Positions 57,680 to 64,000 of a DNA stretch of 64,000 nt are shown here, piece after piece. The notes under the pieces are model-generated. The model saw only the letters and a list, made by a program, of their open reading frames with translations, was not told the DNA's origin and made no database searches. Within the stretch, counting starts at the first letter, position 1, and every line of letters starts with the position of its first letter. The position numbers were made by a program, and so were the translations under genes. Origin of the DNA: Entomortierella parvispora E1425 (taxonomy: Eukaryota > Fungi > Mortierellomycota); NCBI GenBank assembly GCA_020891255.1, contig BQFW01000009.1:806001-870000 (forward strand). Reading direction: 5' to 3'.

Positions 57680-58560
57680 ATGCTGCATCTTCTCGGAGTC
57701 AACTTGCCCGACCAGAAGTTGGTGGTATGTTCCCAACAATTAAACAGGACGACCGGATCGGCATTCAGGAACCCGACTACATCACGGAAGCTGGGCATTT
57801 CAGACAGATCGCCCTTCAGGAACTTTGTGTTGATCGCTTTGACGAGTGCGGAACGTCAACTCATGGCCGTCGGGACCATCAGTCTTAATTATAATAGTGA
57901 TACTGGATGATTGGCAAGACTCCAATAACTCTCACCGGAATACTTTGACCAAAGCCGGAACCCTCTCCGCCGTTTTGTTTTTTTCCGGTGGCACTTCACT
58001 GACCCGTTTTTCATGTTCCTGTGTATTCCCACTACAGCAATACGCCCTTCCTCTTTTCTACGGTATCGGTCAAAAGACTTCGCTCAAGGTCTTGGCCTCT
58101 TTGTCGATTCACAAGTCATGCAAAATTGCCGACTTGTCAGAACCCCAGGTCAACCAGCTTTCATCGTTGTTGTCGGATATGAAGATTGAGTCGGATTTGC
58201 GCAAGGAGATCAGAGCCAACATCATGCACCATCGTTCCATTGGTTCCTATGTGGGCCGTCGTCATGCCATGGGATTGCCCGTTCGCGGTCAAAACACGAG
58301 GAACAACGCAAAGACTGCCAGACGCTTGAACGGACGTTGGCTCAAGTCCGAGAAGAGAGAGTACTCTTCCTCAACAAGGTACGGAAGCACTGTCTATGGT
58401 GCAGAGATCGGGATTGATCTGCGGGATATCTCTGGAGAGTTTTTTTGTTACTGAAGCTGACCTTTTGTTTACCTCCGCGCCTTGTTTTCTACGGTTTAGA
58501 TCCGCCATCCCTGCTCCCGACTCTCCTTTCGCCAGCTTCTTCAACCGCTCTTGGTTCTAA
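57680..58560 (+). CDS. SWS2: Mitochondrial ribosomal protein uS13m, 3 exons
   Basis: MLHLLGVNLPDQKLV|QYALPLFYGIGQKTSLKVLA...IGSYVGRRHAMGLPVRGQNTRNNAKTARRLN; GT-AG introns join in frame. Confidence 0.93.
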
Positions 58561-61500
58561 AGAAGAAAACCCACCATTTGTCTTTAGATTGTATTCTTAC
58601 CCCTCATCCTTATAGATCGACTTCATCCCCTTGCAATATACTATATTTTTACCCACAAACGCCAGATAGTGCCCAACAACAATGTCAAATTGAGAAAGGC
58701 GCGCGCGCTTCATACGGGACGTAGGATCCTGCTGACAAAGAATGTGGTGTTTTATCAGATAAATATCCTATCAGTCGACAGGATAGCTAATAAACTCATC
58801 ATTGTATCAAACTTGCGTTCTCGGGCCACTGCCCTCACTCGCACAATCACCATAGCTACCTCTTCTCTGCTGTGGATTATTGCTACTTGTTCATCTAGCA
58901 CACGGCATCCTTCTTCACCAGGTGAAAGCCGACATTGACGATGATCGCCACTTCTGCGACGGATGACCCAGCTGACGCTCTTGTAACATACTTCAGTAAA
59001 AAGTTGGTGTCAAAATCCATCTGCAGCCGAAGAGGCTGTCCTTAGGCCATTAAATGCCCACTTCGAGAACGCCAATCCTTTGATCAGTGGTAACCAGGGA
59101 TCTAGAGTTGCCCATGCTGTTCGATCTAACCATTTGGAAGAGATCACCAGTCGTTGCATCGCAATGACACGTAGGGCGGTCCATTCGCGACTTCGTTTCT
59201 GATGATCCTGGGGAGCGCGAAGGTCCCAGTAAGACCTTGAACCTGGAAGTCTCGTACGTCGAAGTCGATGTGGGTGGAGATGAAGAGGACGCAGCTACTG
59301 TTCATAAGAAGAACATATCTTATTCTACACCGCAATCCAGACTTGACGTGAGTGTCCATTTGAGATTAGCGCGCCTGGACCCCGTATGATGAGGTCCATA
59401 CACAGGTCCACACATCATAAATGCGATACCTAGTGGAGACTACAGCAAGCCCTCGGAGTTGGCCAATCACAACACCAGATCGGGTCACTTTTCTTCCAAG
59501 CCAAGCGCCGCCTTGGAATTGGAGAAGTGTCCTCGGTGTTGGGAACAGACTAGGTCGCCACGCGCATGCAGGAGTACCTTTAAAGCCAAGAGAAATGACA
59601 GTAGAATCCTTTCTCCTCTTCCGAAGTGCTTGGCACTAATAAACCAGAAGAAGAGAACGTGTTTCGTAGGGAATACCTGTACTTTGGCTAGGCCTCGGTA
59701 GGTGAAAATGGGGACCTAATAAGAATGCGGCAATAAAATAAAGGCCAGAGAATCAATAACGATCGGCAGAACCCGATGCAGCCAAATGTATGTACATTTG
59801 AGCAGGCCAGAGCTGATAAGGGTGGCAGGGGGGATTGTTGCTCAAAGTGGTTTGCTGGGAAGTTCAGAAGCCTTGAAAAGACCTTCATAGGCGACCCTTT
59901 CTGTCGGAGATCCAAGATGTCGAGCTACAAATAGCAAAATTGGGGGACACATTGCTCTGAAGGTCTGGTGGACGCTGAAAGCCTTTAAGTAAGTGGAGAG
60001 CTAAACATTTGATTTTAGGAACGGCGAAGAGGCTGATGAGTCTTCTGATAGCAGCGGGCGATGAGGTGCAGGGTCCTCGCTCCCTCGGGATCGAGATGAA
60101 CGATTAACACTCCAGCAAAGGTGCACATGAGTTCGCTTCACCGAGGGACTGGTCCATCTGGCTTCATCAATTCGGTATGAACGAGACGTGTAGCTGCAGC
60201 GCACAATGAAACGCGCTGTTCACAGCGTCCCTGGGTGAACCGTTGTGGGTCTTGATAATAACAGTGTTTTATTGGTATGAGAGTGAGAGTTCAGGTTCAT
60301 AAACGAAGGAGTCTGAGCACAGAGCAACGTGATCAACCATGAAAGAACAGGAGCAACAAAGATCGACGTTGCTTCAGCTTTGGATCAGCCAGTGAGACGT
60401 GATCTTCATGCAAACATAGAGCTTGTCCTTCCATCGCTTCGAAAACTCTCTGGGAGTGTGGCGAGTGATGTTGCATCGAACTGGCTGTCTTCGTGTTTCG
60501 GGAGTCCTCGTCCAGCTGGCTTAATACAGCCTACGTAGCAGGTGGCGTCGTTAACATGTGAACGCAAGATTGGGTATGTCCGAGGTACCTGCAAGGGGTT
60601 CCAAATGCTCTTTACAAGAGAACAGGTCCCATGACCCCATTAACACTTTCTTTTTGAGATAGAGGCGACGTGTTGAACACGGTTTGACAATCGTAGAAAT
60701 CGTAGAAGCGGTATTGGTCCGTGGCAAACGAAAAAAGGAGATCAGTGGGCAGTGTTTTCTTTTGTTGACAGTCTTTGCTTTTGTGTAATGCAGGACTCTA
60801 TGCCCACGGTCAAGTGGTGAACGGAAAAGCAAGAAAAAAAAAAGAGGGGAAGTGGATTTGTGGAGTGGAAGGGAGGGCTGCTTTCCAGTACCGCGCTTGT
60901 GGGCGATGATTGTATTTCTTTTTTGTTGTTGATGTTGTTTGTATCATGTTTTGGCGCCATTGCAGCTTGAGGCGACGCGTCCATGCATTGTAGAACAACG
61001 AGAAGGGAGGGAAGGATGCAGCCTGCTCGGCAGTTGACCCAGATGACTTGTTTCGACATCACGAGGTCACTTTGCTGCAATGACGACAATACACAGAGAA
61101 TGAACACGGGGCAGGAGAAGAAGAGCTGGCTGTTGGACATTGCAGCGGTTGCCTTGCTGTTCCGGATTTTCATCACGTCAGCGGAGAAGGGTGGGGCGAA
61201 GGGCAAGAGAGCAAACGAACGGAAATACAGGCAGATAGGCAGATGCGCATTCAAGACACAGGCAGGCGCGAAATAGACAGGCGAGGGCGAGTTCCCAACG
61301 GCCAATGCGACATTCCAGCAAAGGTGACATTAATGCGGATGTTCCGTATGCACTGCCCAGGCCCAAAGCAACGGTTTGGACCCCTTGTCATGCGTCAAGG
61401 GGCCGATCGCCTATGGGAATGAACAGAGAGAAGGGAGAGGACTGCGTGATTCCTGCGTGTGCGTGTGTGGACAACAACAACCAGCACAGACGCCTGGGGG

Positions 61501-62226
61501 GTGGACACGCATTCGACTGGGCTGGGCTTGGCCGGTCAAGCAAAGCGAAGAAAAAGGCGATGCGAAGAATAAGAACTCCGGACGGGAGAACCAGAGGACA
61601 AGAGGACAAGCAAGCAAGCAGGTAGGCAAGAAATCGAGTTACAAAAAGAGCAAAGAGAGCAGGAAGACGAGCAAAGCGGCCAGCCATTGAGACGAAAGAA
61701 TAGAGAAAGAGAACAGAGCCGAGGAGAACAACAACAAGGAGAACAAGAACAAAGAGCTGCACAACCAGAAAGACAGCCAAGCCAAGCCAGACACACACCC
61801 TTGTGCAACCCCATTCCCGCCCATCGTCGTCTCAAGTCCCATCGATCCTTTATCATCTTTCGCAGCCGCAACTCTGTTTCGCCCTTTTCTCTCTCTCTCT
61901 CTTCCCTTCTTTCATTCATTCATCCACTCCACACACCCGCGCTTTTCTCTTTATTTTTTGCACCACTCTGTCACCCCTCTCGTCTCCTCTTCTCGGGATC
62001 ATTCCTCCATCGCGCTCTCGCGCTCTCATCCTCCACACCCTTCATCTGCATCTCTTCATCTCGTTTCCATCCCCTTCCTCAACTCTTTCCTGACATCCAC
62101 ACTCTCTGTCGCGTCCCTCATCCCGCAGACAAACAAGACGGAAACAGAAAAAGAAAAGGGAAAATACACTCATTTTACCTTTGCCCCCTTCCCCCCACAC
62201 GACTTATTTATAACAAAAATTGCATT

Positions 62227-63895
62227 ATGGGAACCACTCAATCCTCGCTACGTCCTTCCACCTCCCCTTCCTCCCCGTCCCTGAAGCATCATTCACCTTC
62301 ATCACATCCTAGCAGTCTGAAGTCTGGATCGCGCAACAACAGCGGCACCAACCTTCACCACAATGGCCACCAGAACAACCATCATCACCACCACTCCTTG
62401 AGCAGTCTTGGCGGAGCTGGAGGGATCGGAGGAGGAGGATCTTCCACCCATCTCGTATCCGCGACTCCGAGCTCTTCGCTACAAAAGTCCCTTAGCAGGA
62501 GACGGTCCTCGGGCAAGACTGCAGAGTCCAGCTCGAGTCATGAATCCAATGGCTCTGTCAGAAGCAGCGGCCACTCTCAAAAGCAGCCATCCCCACAACA
62601 ACAAGCCCAGAAGTTACCCATTCATCAGGAGGAACCCGAGGAATCCGACTTTCGGATGTACAACGGCCGTCGATTCCACAATACAACACGAAAATACATG
62701 TTGCCGAATGATACCCAGGAGATCGACAGGTAAGAAAGAGAAGAAAAAAAAAGAAAGAGAGCGGCGGTGATTCACGAAAAACACGTTTGACCGTTGGATG
62801 GGAAGAGTGTTTGTTGTGTTTTTGTGTTTGTCATATTTTGCCGTGTTTATCAAGAGTGTTGTGTGCGAGCTGTGCTATCCTGCTCCCTTTGAAGGACAGG
62901 ATGGGGACATGCACAAAAATTGGAGGGAGGGACAGAGCGGGAGAGGCGCAGGATGGGCCACTCTTCTCTATGCACGAAGGCAAGACACCTGCCTAGCCTC
63001 GCCTCGAATAGTAGAACAGAATATCGAGTCCCTGTGTGTCAGGAAAAAGCTCCCGAAGGACAGGGACGGAAAGGGAGATCGTGAGTGTGTTGAAGGTCCA
63101 TCCCTCAGGCTGCCTGGACTCAAGGGTCTTGCAATGGCGTTATCCCATGTCAGACATCCCTTTATTATCCGACCATGCATCACTCTCCTTTTCACCTTCA
63201 TTCCAGCTCTAACAGGACGGAGGTTTGGGATTCTGTTACTCTAACTCAACTCAAAAACGGAGATGTGAGCGACGACGAAGAAACGAGATGTTTCTCGTCG
63301 GGCGTGGGGTTCCGGTGTATTGTGTGTTGAAAGCCCATCACAGTTCAAAACATGGTACGACCTTAATAGCAGCGGTTTTTGGTTCGTACCCTTGTTTCCT
63401 ACCTTTCCCAGCGCAGTGAGGTCAAAACAAAAGATCGTGTTCATGCACGCCAGAGACAACAGGGAAAGAAAAATTGTCGTTGTATTGAGGTGGGGTTCGT
63501 CAAGGCTGATGTGGTTGGCCCGTGTTACCGGCGGGGAAATGGGGAGAGTAAGAGAGAGACAGGCCTCAGGGTGAAGATAGACGAGCAAGCGACCCGACCG
63601 AGCTGCATTCAATTGAATAAGCCCAATCGCATCCAAATATATTACTTTCCCTCTATTCATCCGTCTGGGCCCGACAAGCCGTCTGCTTTGGTGCATATCT
63701 GTCTGTTTGGCAGAGACCAGAAGATGGCTCATGGTTTACTGATCTTTTGTCAACTCGCTCTTTACATCTTGCTTTAGACTTCATCTGCAGCACTACATCT
63801 TCAAGATGGCCATGAACGACAAAAACTTCCACGTGCCATTGCCTGAATGTGCACGCGTCATCGACCTCGGATGTGGCCCTGCCACCTGGACCATG
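62227..63895 (+). CDS. Class I SAM-dependent methyltransferase (LaeA/TAM-like family), 5' part; exons 62227-62729 and 63778-63895, continues beyond the window
   Basis: Spliced YNGRRFHNTTRKYMLPNDTQEIDR|LHLQHYIFKMAM...ARVIDLGCGPATWTM contains motif I (D-x-G-C-G). The N-terminus is MGTTQS followed by an S/H-rich region. Confidence 0.85.
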
Positions 63896-64000
63896 GTACG
63901 TGTACAGACTGTGCTTCAATCAGTTCAGATGTGGGATGCAAGCTCTTTGTTCCATATATTTATTATTTCGGGTTGTCGGGTGAGAGCTGAGCTCTCTTTG

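Noticed and set aside
59459-59701. EKCPRCW motif resembling the IleRS C-terminal zinc finger, close to tRNA-Ile
   Set aside because: The second Cys pair and any synthetase context are missing, so it is most likely chance. No coherent gene could be built in 58600-61300 on either strand.
60742-62226. ORFs upstream of the methyltransferase, including the 180-codon extension from 61687
   Set aside because: This is repeat-rich promoter/UTR sequence; the ATG at 62227 gives a sensible N-terminus.

Overview
Eukaryotic, intron-containing fungal DNA. The gene set (F-box/LRR and Sel1 families, WKNNGNT-type WRKY gene, short GT-AG introns with CTAAC/CTGAC branch sites) suggests Mucoromycota, probably Mortierellaceae; this is an inference. 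Host genes in order: double hot-dog thioesterase, WRKY-like transcription factor, small 4-exon membrane protein, mitochondrially targeted Sel1-repeat protein, 1103-aa low-complexity protein, two paralogous single-pass surface proteins, SDS23-like CBS protein, C2H2 zinc-finger protein, myosin light chain, MRT4, SAGA Ada1/Hfi1, mitochondrial RRM protein, broken F-box/LRR locus, xanthine dehydrogenase, CENP-S/MHF1, intron-containing tRNA-Ile(TAT), mitochondrial uS13, and the 5' part of a SAM methyltransferase. Several of these are invisible in the ORF track because they are highly spliced; I rebuilt them by hand. The main find is a 9.6-kb Mutator-like DNA transposon (47741-57344) bounded by 50-bp TIRs. 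It carries a FAR1/MULE/SWIM transposase, a Ulp1-type SUMO protease probably fused upstream of the transposase, an ~11.3-copy ~281-bp tandem array with higher-order structure, and a divergently oriented zinc-finger/coiled-coil accessory gene. This layout resembles plant Kaonashi and VANDAL MULEs and may be a fungal transposon-encoded anti-silencing system (hypothesis). All calls are by eye; no database searches were run.
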